From a bacterium (GTDB lineage Bacteria > Patescibacteriota > Minisyncoccia > Minisyncoccales > JAGLPU01), in the NCBI GenBank assembly GCA_030635055.1, contig DAOVZN010000001.1:18837-82836 (forward strand): DNA of 64,000 nt, given 5' to 3'. Numbering within the stretch: position 1 is the stretch's first letter; each line of letters starts with the position of its first letter. The position numbers and the translations under genes are program-made. The notes beneath the pieces are model-generated. The model was not told where the DNA came from and did no database searches. It saw nothing but the letters and a program-made list of their open reading frames with translations. Positions 51,741-59,645 of this stretch are shown piece by piece.

Positions 51741-53184
51741 AATATTTTACTTTAACCACTATTAGAGAAGAGCCTATGTCGTTCATGGTGTAGGTAAAGT
51801 TTTTTAGTTCTCCTTTGCGAAGAACCATACATTTACCCGAATAGTTGCTATCTTTATACAGGAAGGCTATATAGTTGCCGTCTGCGCTGATTTCTGCTGC
51901 AGAAATACCACTATCGGTCAAAAGACCGTCCCCTATCGGGTCATCAGGATCAGGAGCCAGCACTCCGTGTTCCTCCCATGTATGAAGCTGTAAATTAGCG
52001 TCTCCTTTGGCCACTGCTTTGCCAGCTAAGCTAAAAGTGTCGCCAAATTTAGTATCAGCAAATCCATAGTAGGTAAATGTGGCAAGATTAGGGACTATTG
52101 TCCCGCCGATACAGCCAAGCGGTGTCCATATGCCTCCAACACAGTAATTATGTTTTTCACAGTTATGCTCGCGGCATAACTTTATTCTCCCATCGTAATA
52201 AGGCTGAATGTTCAAATCAAGAAAAGTCATAGAAGAGGCGCCATAACCTACAGCGTTGTCGGTTAGATCCGGATCATCGTCAAGTATAATGTCGCATTCT
52301 CCTTCATAATGAAAATTCTTATGTAGAGCGACACGGAGATAAGAATTTAAGTCGTCTTTGAATTTAATAGATTTTACTTTATCGTTAAGATTTTCAGTAT
52401 AAAGATTATAGAGATCGGGTTGTTTCGGAAAAAATTTGCACTTGCCGTAATTTGTTTCTTCACAAAGATAAAGACCAGGTTCTCTTTTGTTAACTATTTT
52501 TATTGATTTGGGGGCAAAGCCGCAGAGAGCGGTTATGTCATCGTGATGTCTAGGGGGATTTCCGGATGCTGGGTCAATAGGATCAAGGAATTTTCTCTCT
52601 ATCCCTCCATAGTCTATCTCAGTATAAAAATAAACATCTATATCTTCCACGGAAACAGAATCATTGATTTTGACAGAAAGAGTATTGAAATCACTTAAGT
52701 TGTGCATGGATTGATCAAATCCATAGATACGATGGTCCCCCCCTAAATTTATTTCAGGGTAAAGTTCTATTGCTCCTGACATTTCTATCTTATCTAATCT
52801 TAAAATTGTTAGTTCCGGGTTAATGGTATTTAAAATCAAGAACGAAGAAAGTAGTATCGCCAAACCTATGACCGCTGAGGTTATTTGATCTCTGGCGTCG
52901 CTCATTTTTGCCGGATTACCGCCGGAAGTCATATGTTTGTATCCTCCTAAAATCAAAGCGCTAAAAGCTACTAAGCCGGCAATCATTAAAGCGAAACTGA
53001 AAATATACTCTATATAATCCGGCAGAAGGGTTTTGGTCGAAACAGGCACAGGCACTCCGCCAATTATAGGATAATCAACTTCCAAGTCTGTTTCGCTGAA
53101 ACAAAAACTACTAGGAGCAAGAGTTAAAAAAAAGAATAAAACAAGAATAAAGCCAATGATTTTTTTATGTTTAGTTATTTTCAT
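51739..53184 (-). CDS. pilin-like (VirB2/TrbC-topology) N-terminal module fused to a large extracellular domain with beta-gamma-crystallin-like repeats
   Basis: 481 aa. Signal peptide, DLEVDYP motif, TM hairpin (..FALMIAGLVAFSALILGG...GNPAKMSDARDQITSAVIGLAILLSSFLILNTINPEL), then repeated Y/F-x4-Y/F-x-G ... S modules such as IAFLYKDSNYSGKCMVLRKGELKNFTYTMNDIGSSLIVVKV. Confidence 0.6.
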   Translation of the reverse strand: MKITKHKKIIGFILVLFFFLTLAPSSFCFSETDLEVDYPIIGGVPVPVSTKTLLPDYIEYIFSFALMIAGLVAFSALILGGYKHMTSGGNPAKMSDARDQITSAVIGLAILLSSFLILNTINPELTILRLDKIEMSGAIELYPEINLGGDHRIYGFDQSMHNLSDFNTLSVKINDSVSVEDIDVYFYTEIDYGGIERKFLDPIDPASGNPPRHHDDITALCGFAPKSIKIVNKREPGLYLCEETNYGKCKFFPKQPDLYNLYTENLNDKVKSIKFKDDLNSYLRVALHKNFHYEGECDIILDDDPDLTDNAVGYGASSMTFLDLNIQPYYDGRIKLCREHNCEKHNYCVGGIWTPLGCIGGTIVPNLATFTYYGFADTKFGDTFSLAGKAVAKGDANLQLHTWEEHGVLAPDPDDPIGDGLLTDSGISAAEISADGNYIAFLYKDSNYSGKCMVLRKGELKNFTYTMNDIGSSLIVVKVKY

Positions 53185-53190
53185 ATATTT

Positions 53191-54336
53191 TTAATAAATT
53201 AGATCGCAGCAGAAATAATTAGGGGCCTTAGCCGGATCGGCCGCTTCTTCGCTGCACCTGGGTTTATCAATTTCTAAAAAGTACTTAATAATAGAACAGT
53301 TTAATGTGTCTTTTATAGTGAATATCTCACCTTCAACAACACAGTATCCATCTCCGGCGACAAGTTGCTTATAACATGTTAAAGGTGTAAAACACTGTCT
53401 TAATTCTTTTCTAGCCCCATCTAATTTTGCTGAAATTTGCGTAGGCGTAACCGATGTAGTCAGCGTCATAACATTTAAAAGATCACCGGTAATGTTTAAA
53501 TTATGGATTTGAATATTTGTATAAGAATTATTAATGTTAGTATAATTTGTAAGCGCGTTGCTATAGTAGCCAGTTATTGCGGCAATAGAGGCATCAATGT
53601 CTGTCATGGGGCAGGCGTTATCAGTGCCGTCCCAGCGAGCGCAGCTGGCCTTAGAACCGTCAAGGAGAGTAAAAATATCGCAATTGCAAGGATTCTCACA
53701 GTTAGGGCATTTATAGTATGGTTCGTCGCAGATCCAATCACAGGTCCATGGGAACACTGGTAAACAATCAAGGTGTCCAGAGAAACAGTCATCTGGGCAA
53801 TCATTTGTTGTGTCTATATCATTATTGTCACACATTTTACAACCATGGCGCTTTGGTGTCCCATCCGCATTAAAAACATCAGATTCCAAAAGATCAAATT
53901 CCCATATTTTAGTACAGTTGCATTTTCCGGGCAAACAAGCTCCTGAGCAATCCTCGCAATTATTCGGGCTTCCGTCTGTAAAACCGAGTATTTTATTAGC
54001 TTCTTTTCTCGCTGAATTAGTCGTTTTCGCGATATTCTCTATTAAGAGTATAGCATTATCAACTGCGGAAAACCCTTCGTCTTTAGCTAAAACGGCATTA
54101 TCATAAAGATCTTTGTATTTTATAAGCAGGTCATCGCCGTATTCTTTCGTTTCGTCAACCGCTTCTCCTATGCGAATTTCTGTGTGGCAATCCCATTGTT
54201 CCGTTTTTTCTTGTCCCTGGACAATCTCTTTTTCATTAAATGACAAGAAACAGGAGAGTAAAAGAGAAACCGTCAAAACTAAGAAAGTTTTTATGCCTAT
54301 TCTGTAGATTTTTTTATTTAATAAATAATATTTCAT
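53191..54336 (-). CDS. secreted cysteine-rich protein (27 Cys), unknown family
   Basis: 381 aa. N-terminal signal/anchor, a helical segment, then dense CxxC/CxC clusters (NNCEDCSGACLPGKCNC, YYKCPNCENPCNCD) and an Asn/Thr-rich stretch. Confidence 0.6.
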   Translation of the reverse strand: MKYYLLNKKIYRIGIKTFLVLTVSLLLSCFLSFNEKEIVQGQEKTEQWDCHTEIRIGEAVDETKEYGDDLLIKYKDLYDNAVLAKDEGFSAVDNAILLIENIAKTTNSARKEANKILGFTDGSPNNCEDCSGACLPGKCNCTKIWEFDLLESDVFNADGTPKRHGCKMCDNNDIDTTNDCPDDCFSGHLDCLPVFPWTCDWICDEPYYKCPNCENPCNCDIFTLLDGSKASCARWDGTDNACPMTDIDASIAAITGYYSNALTNYTNINNSYTNIQIHNLNITGDLLNVMTLTTSVTPTQISAKLDGARKELRQCFTPLTCYKQLVAGDGYCVVEGEIFTIKDTLNCSIIKYFLEIDKPRCSEEAADPAKAPNYFCCDLIY

Positions 54337-54342
54337 AGACTA

Positions 54343-55689
54343 TTATTCCACATAATAAAAAGTTGCCGGATCGCCTCCCGGTTCAATTTCTCCATCTCTA
54401 TATTCCTTTAATTCTATGTTTGTTTTTTCAGTTTCTAAAAAAGAATAATAACTCATTATAGAATTATAGGGATTTAATTTTATTATCATTTCAATTTCTT
54501 CCAGGCTGACCAAATCTTTTGTCAGGTTTTCTATTATTTCTTCCGGACTGCCGTAGTCTTGTTCAATTTCTTTTAATCCTGTGCGGTCAGCTTTTGAAAT
54601 CAGATCTTTGGCTTCCGTATCAAGTATAAACAAGGCGTTAATTTCTACTGAATTAGTGGTTTCAAATGCTTCAACAGTATTAGTATCGCTCTTGCTTAAA
54701 AAAGCGTCAATCACGCCGGCAAATAATTCAACCCTTTTTAATTCTTCTTCCACCACCGGTTTTTTGGCAGAGATATTGGCAATAATTTCAGGAATGCCAT
54801 CTATAATATTAAAAGGATCTCTTAGCTCATCCATTCTGGCTCTATCCGGGCAGGTGTCAGTAATAGGGCCGGTATTGCAGGCGCTGCAAGCAGTCATAGC
54901 GTGGCAGCCGTCATTGGTACAGTTATCGCACTTGTTGCCTCCAAATACCCAAAATATAGTGCAATCAGAACTGCAGTTGCTGCATTTACAATCAGCGGCA
55001 AGAGTTGCCAGTTCTATGGACTGGGCTTTTAAGAAGAGGCCAAGATTTTTTAATTTCAAAGACTCATCGTGCAAGACTTCCATTAATTTTTCTAATTTTT
55101 TGTTCGCTCTTTCAAGAGCGTCTCCGGTTTTTTCTAGTCTTTGCAGCCTGGCAGGGTTTAAAATTCCTTCGTAAGCTGAATAGGAGATGCTTAAAACAGA
55201 ATTTTTATTATTAATTAGCGTCCCTAAAGGAAATTCATAAACAGTAATCTTTGGTTCTATATTATAATCCTCGGGGAGAGGCAAAGCTTCAGGATCGTGT
55301 GTTAACGGGGCAAAGGAGAAAAATACCAAGTTAGGATTAATAGTAGATAAGAGGATATAAGAAGAAAGTAAAATTAGCAGTCCAACAATGCCGCAAATGA
55401 TTCGGTCCCTTGCGTCTCTATGAGAGGCTGGGTTTCCCCGGGAAGCTGTATATTGTGCTCCGGCTCTAACTATTACTCCTAAAGCAATAAGCCCGCAAGC
55501 AATGATGGCAAAATTAAAAATATATTTAATGTAGCTATGCAAGAAGGTTCTGGTTGATGTCGGGCTTTCCCCGCTGATTACAGGATAATCAACTTCTAAA
55601 TCTGTTTGGGAAAAAACAAAACCGCCTATAGACATCAGCAAGAGAGAAAGAACAAGAGCTATAATAAATGTTTTGGAATGTTTAATCAT
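54343..55689 (-). CDS. pilin-like paralog with helical stalk and Cys-knot extension
   Basis: 448 aa. The first ~125 aa align by eye with the 481-aa protein (DLEVDYP..., GNPASHRDARDRIICGIVGLLILLSSYILLSTINPNL). A 10-Cys cluster follows: CKCSNCSSDCTIFWVFGGNKCDNCTNDGCHAMTACSACNTGPITDTC. Confidence 0.6.
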   Translation of the reverse strand: MIKHSKTFIIALVLSLLLMSIGGFVFSQTDLEVDYPVISGESPTSTRTFLHSYIKYIFNFAIIACGLIALGVIVRAGAQYTASRGNPASHRDARDRIICGIVGLLILLSSYILLSTINPNLVFFSFAPLTHDPEALPLPEDYNIEPKITVYEFPLGTLINNKNSVLSISYSAYEGILNPARLQRLEKTGDALERANKKLEKLMEVLHDESLKLKNLGLFLKAQSIELATLAADCKCSNCSSDCTIFWVFGGNKCDNCTNDGCHAMTACSACNTGPITDTCPDRARMDELRDPFNIIDGIPEIIANISAKKPVVEEELKRVELFAGVIDAFLSKSDTNTVEAFETTNSVEINALFILDTEAKDLISKADRTGLKEIEQDYGSPEEIIENLTKDLVSLEEIEMIIKLNPYNSIMSYYSFLETEKTNIELKEYRDGEIEPGGDPATFYYVE

Positions 55690-56245
55690 TTTTTAACTCG
55701 CTTACTACAGTTAAGCTCCAGAAAGGAAAAACTTGGATAATAGGGACTAAGGTGCCGACAAAAGACCTAAATAATTTTAGAGCTATCTTACCGCCACTTC
55801 TCGCCGCTGTTTTTACTGCCGTTTTTGTAACTACTCTTTTTGTCGTTGTTTTTTTTATTCTTGTCGCTGCTGCTCTTTCCGCCTCCTGTGCCATATCTTT
55901 TTCCGTGGCCTTGGCCACTCCTTTTTCTGATTCTTTGGCGTCAGCCTTAGTGGCAGCTCTGTCTTTTTTAGTTAAATTTGTATCCGGTAGGGTTATCTCC
56001 GGTTCTTCTATCGTATCTATTTCTTCTTCCTCCTCTTCCGTTGATGCTTTTTTACCGCTTGCGCGAGAATACATCCATGAGCCGACTATTATTAAACAGA
56101 AAAAGTCTAAGATTAAACAAGAGATAATAGCTGCCAGTGCGCCTATTATCGTAGGAAGCAAGAGTGTTGTGACAATGCTTACTAAGTCGCAAGCTCCGCC
56201 CACTATTAACATTGCTACTCCTTCCGGTCTGGTAAAACTAGACAT
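55682..56245 (-). CDS. membrane protein with two N-terminal TM helices, charged low-complexity linker and C-terminal hydrophobic helix
   Basis: 187 aa. 8-nt overlap with the downstream pilin-like gene and a 2-nt gap after the VirB4 gene. The linker is EEEEEEIDTIEEPE followed by a Lys/Thr/Ala-rich stretch. Confidence 0.55.
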   Translation of the reverse strand: MSSFTRPEGVAMLIVGGACDLVSIVTTLLLPTIIGALAAIISCLILDFFCLIIVGSWMYSRASGKKASTEEEEEEIDTIEEPEITLPDTNLTKKDRAATKADAKESEKGVAKATEKDMAQEAERAAATRIKKTTTKRVVTKTAVKTAARSGGKIALKLFRSFVGTLVPIIQVFPFWSLTVVSELKND

Positions 56246-56247
56246 AT

Positions 56248-58029
56248 TTATTCTGCTTGTTTAGCTCTTTTTATTTTCAGAATTTCTTCGGGAGAGGTGG
56301 TGATTATTTGGTCCTCGGCATAAGAGGCGACAACTTTAACTAAAACATGCTTTTGTCCGGCGAAAAATAATCCCTCCCCTATCGCTGCCTCTAAGAGCAT
56401 GTATTTTTCTTCGTCAGTCAAATTAAAAGTCTTTTGGACGATGTCTATGCTTGCCGGGCTTTGTTTCATCAGAAATTGCAAAGAGGAATTAGTGATAATG
56501 GGACGGCCATAGCTTGATTTCATAAAGTCAGCCACATCCTGGGTAATAGTGGTAAGTCCCAACCAGTATTTCCGTCCCCTTTTCGCAATGCCGAAAAGGA
56601 AAGAAGCTCCATCTTCCGTTTTCATCAGCCACCATGCTTCGTCGATAACCAGAATTCTTTTCTTTAGCTCTGAGCGAACCTTGTTCCAGATGTATCTCAT
56701 GATGATAAACATTGCCATGGGCCTGAGTTCGTCTTCCATGTCCCTTATGCCAAAAGCAACCAAAGAAGAATCCATAGAGATGTTGGTGGGCTGGTTAAAG
56801 AAATTTGAAAAAGTTCCTTCAGTGAATTTAGCCATCCGTTTTAATAAAGAGTCAGTCCCATCCATTCCTTCCAGCACTGACTGCAAGTCTTCCATTAAAG
56901 GGATATTATCCGGCCAGGCGTCTGGATCGCTATCTATAGTAATATCATGGGAGGCATAAGTTTCAGTCAAAGCCTGGTCCATAATACTGTCTTCAGCCGC
57001 TGACAGACCGCCAAGCATAATTCTTAATAACCCCACTAAGTTGATAATATTGGAGCGGAGGATATCTTCCGGCTTTTCTCCTTCCCTGGGGCAAGGCAGG
57101 TCAAAAGGATTGATATGATTATCTGATGATAAAGAAATATTAAAGAAAGATCCTCCTACTGCGTCAGCCAAAAACTGATATTCGTTTTCCGGGTCAAGAA
57201 TAATGCAATCCACTCCCAACATTAAAGAGCGCAACAGTTCCAGCTTTACCATGTATGATTTACCGGAACCGGATTTGGCAAAGATTACACAGTTGGCATT
57301 TTCTAAACTAAATCTGTCAAACAAAATTAAAGAATTGTTATGTTGGTTTACCCCGTAAAGGATTCCTTCATTCGAGCTTAAATCAAAGGAAATAAAAGGG
57401 AAAACGCTGGATAAAGGGCCGGTGTTCATCGGTGTATAGACCTGAAGTTCATCCAAACCATAAGGCGCAGAAGAAGTAAATCCCTGTTTTTGCTGGTAAA
57501 GAGCGGGTTTGATATAGATTAAGCGTGATTCCAGAATTGAACGAAGCTCGGTTTCAGTGCTTATTAATTCTTTTTCGGTATCAGCGTAAATAGTCAGATA
57601 TATGCCAAGATTAAACATTCTTTCCTGAGCGGTTTGTAACTGATCTCTTAAAGTTTCTAAGTCTTGATGCGCAGTTTCCAAAACCGGATCGCGAACCAAT
57701 CCTTTCTCTTCTTTCTCCATAATCTCGGCTTGAACTTCGGTTACTCTTTTTCTTAAATCCTTTAAGGTTCTTTCGGTTTCGATAGGATAAACAAAAAAGG
57801 AAATATCCATTGGCGTATCCAGATTGATTATTGGAGAAAACCAGCCTGTTGTCAGATATCTGGGATAAGAAAAAATGAAAAAGCTTTTAGTGAGCCTTTC
57901 CCCTACTTTTGAATAGCTTTGAGCAATTTCAATAAAAGAAGGAGCGATAATATCAACAGCTTTAAGAGTGTCTATCTCAAAAATTCTTTCAGGGACTCCT
58001 TCCTTCTTTTTTTTAAAAAATGGGAACAT
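56248..58029 (-). CDS. virB4: VirB4-family type IV secretion ATPase (C-terminal 593-aa part)
   Basis: Walker A FAKSGSGKSY and Walker B ILVIDEAWWLM. The N-terminal segment SYSKVGERLTKSFFIFSYPRYLTTGWFSPI resembles the middle region of Gram-positive VirB4 proteins (Tn916 Orf16 / PrgJ type). Confidence 0.85.
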   Translation of the reverse strand: MFPFFKKKKEGVPERIFEIDTLKAVDIIAPSFIEIAQSYSKVGERLTKSFFIFSYPRYLTTGWFSPIINLDTPMDISFFVYPIETERTLKDLRKRVTEVQAEIMEKEEKGLVRDPVLETAHQDLETLRDQLQTAQERMFNLGIYLTIYADTEKELISTETELRSILESRLIYIKPALYQQKQGFTSSAPYGLDELQVYTPMNTGPLSSVFPFISFDLSSNEGILYGVNQHNNSLILFDRFSLENANCVIFAKSGSGKSYMVKLELLRSLMLGVDCIILDPENEYQFLADAVGGSFFNISLSSDNHINPFDLPCPREGEKPEDILRSNIINLVGLLRIMLGGLSAAEDSIMDQALTETYASHDITIDSDPDAWPDNIPLMEDLQSVLEGMDGTDSLLKRMAKFTEGTFSNFFNQPTNISMDSSLVAFGIRDMEDELRPMAMFIIMRYIWNKVRSELKKRILVIDEAWWLMKTEDGASFLFGIAKRGRKYWLGLTTITQDVADFMKSSYGRPIITNSSLQFLMKQSPASIDIVQKTFNLTDEEKYMLLEAAIGEGLFFAGQKHVLVKVVASYAEDQIITTSPEEILKIKRAKQAE

Positions 58030-58044
58030 ATTTAAAATAAATTA

Positions 58045-58701
58045 TTATGTTGTTAGTTCTGGCGGGATTTCAGGGTAATAACCAATTTCCGCTTGCTTGG
58101 GGTGGTGCAGAGCCCAAAACAGTTCAATTAATTCGCCGGTAGTTAAAGGAACGGCTTTCAGCCCGCATCTTCTTAATCCTAAAACAACGAACTCCATTCT
58201 TTGCCAAAGCTGAGTTTTGCATCTTTGGAATATCTCTTCGGTCAAATTGGGCGCTTTCTGCTTTTTTTTGGATTTTATGGAACTAGTAGCTAGGACAGAA
58301 GTGCTGAAAGGAACCACTAAAAAGAAAGTCTTTGACATAATGGTGCCTGTTTTCACTAATCCTTGAATAAACTCTATATAACCGGTAGTTTGCATTTTAA
58401 GAAGTTCGTTTTGCTGCTTTGCTTCTATCTCTTTTAATTTTTCAATATAGCCGGTAATGTTAAGTTTTCTTGATTGAACCAGGATTTGGCAGCCGAAATC
58501 CATAGAATTAAGAAAATTCTGGAATTGATAAATGGTGGCAGTTTGTTCTTCTTCTGACTTCAAAGCGAAATTTAAAGAAGAAACCATTAAAACTCCCCTA
58601 AAGGATTTGTTTTTTAAAATGATAACTCCTTCCCTTATTTGTTTTATTTTTAAAAAGTCTTGAGTTGCTGATTTAGCCATGTTGTGTTCTGTTAACTTCA
58701 A
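58045..58701 (-). CDS. VirB4 N-terminal-domain-like protein (separate ORF, same frame as the ATPase)
   Basis: 218 aa. IREGVIILKNKSFRGVLMVSSLNFALKSEEEQTATIYQFQNFLNSMDFGCQILVQSRK resembles the extreme N-terminus of Gram-positive VirB4 proteins. It ends in TAA TAA, 15 nt before the ATPase ATG and in the same frame. Confidence 0.5.
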   Translation of the reverse strand: MKLTEHNMAKSATQDFLKIKQIREGVIILKNKSFRGVLMVSSLNFALKSEEEQTATIYQFQNFLNSMDFGCQILVQSRKLNITGYIEKLKEIEAKQQNELLKMQTTGYIEFIQGLVKTGTIMSKTFFLVVPFSTSVLATSSIKSKKKQKAPNLTEEIFQRCKTQLWQRMEFVVLGLRRCGLKAVPLTTGELIELFWALHHPKQAEIGYYPEIPPELTT

Positions 58702-59101
58702 TTTGAGTGAATAATTTTTTTAATTTGCTTCTGCCGGCAATTTCCGGAAGAATGTATTGTTTTTTCTTTATATCTTCTTCGCTCTTTTTAGGCATTTTTT
58801 TGATTACAAATTTAGGCGGCATAACTTTTCTTTTCCAAAGAAATATTTTAGAAGAAAGAGCAAAAATTAAAAAGTTTCTGAAAACTATCTCTAAGCTTTG
58901 TCCGTTGATTTTTAAAAAAGTGAGGGAACCCACTGCGCCGACAAGAGTGACGGAAGCCATTAAGAAAAAGAAAGGAGGCAGAGAAACTTTAAAAAAATAG
59001 CAAGCAGCTGCCGTCAGAACAATAATGATAAACTGGCGGAAAGTAAGCGGACCTACTATTTTTGGTTTTCGGTCAATAAATTGTGGAACCTGAAATCGCA
59101 T
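58673..59101 (-). CDS. PrgI/VirB3-like small membrane protein
   Basis: 142 aa. MRFQVPQFIDRKPKIVGPLTFRQFIIIV followed by two TM helices, positioned immediately upstream of VirB4 as in Gram-positive T4SS loci. Confidence 0.55.
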   Translation of the reverse strand: MRFQVPQFIDRKPKIVGPLTFRQFIIIVLTAAACYFFKVSLPPFFFLMASVTLVGAVGSLTFLKINGQSLEIVFRNFLIFALSSKIFLWKRKVMPPKFVIKKMPKKSEEDIKKKQYILPEIAGRSKLKKLFTQIEVNRTQHG

Positions 59102-59113
59102 ATGAATTTAAGC

Positions 59114-59485
59114 TTATTCAATTGATTCTCTATAAGTATCTTTTATTGGAGGAGAAGAAGGCGTTTCTGTTTTGTATAAAGAGGCCAAACTTTTTTCCAC
59201 GGGACTGAAAACAGTTTGTTTAATTTTCAAAGCAATTTTTTCAGCGGTTTCCGCTTCTATCCCTGTTTTCTCTATAGTTTCCTGAAATTTATCCGGAGGC
59301 AAAAGACCTGTTAAGACGTCTTCAATGACTTGAGCGATTTTGGAAATTCTATCGGTTTTAATTCCATTATCAGTGCAAATGTTATAGACAGCATCAGCTG
59401 TTTTTTCTGAGAAAATCACTTCTTTTAGTTCTTTAGAGAGGTCTTTGTGATCTTTTTCTTTTGTCAGAGAATCAGGTGTTTCCAT
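59114..59485 (-). CDS. small acidic hypothetical protein (first gene of the cluster operon)
   Basis: 123 aa, helical by composition, with no TM and no recognised family. Confidence 0.5.
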   Translation of the reverse strand: METPDSLTKEKDHKDLSKELKEVIFSEKTADAVYNICTDNGIKTDRISKIAQVIEDVLTGLLPPDKFQETIEKTGIEAETAEKIALKIKQTVFSPVEKSLASLYKTETPSSPPIKDTYRESIE

Positions 59486-59645
59486 AATAAATTTATAAAT
59501 TCTTCTTACACTTATTATTTTACTATATATTTAATCAACAGGCAATGTTAGCAAATTTGATTTTTTAAAGAAGTTGACAGATTTAGAGAATTGTGTTATT
59601 GATATAATCAAACCAAAATGCACATTAAAATATAAATAAATACAG

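Noticed and set aside
54581-55174. 197-aa plus-strand ORF antisense to the 448-aa pilin-like gene. Similar long antisense ORFs occur at 55752-56264, 56549-56959, 53503-53763, 53810-54106, 60673-61134 and 61729-62013.
   Set aside because: They lie entirely inside longer minus-strand genes that have recognisable motifs or operon-style packing. Their products are low-complexity Ser/Leu/Phe-rich, typical of shadow frames.
59574-59608. TTGACA (59574-59579) and TATAAT (59603-59608) upstream of the SPFH gene, as a promoter.
   Set aside because: The spacer is 23 nt, too long for a standard sigma70 promoter, and the alternative -10 at 17 nt (TATTGA) is weak. It is not reported as a feature.
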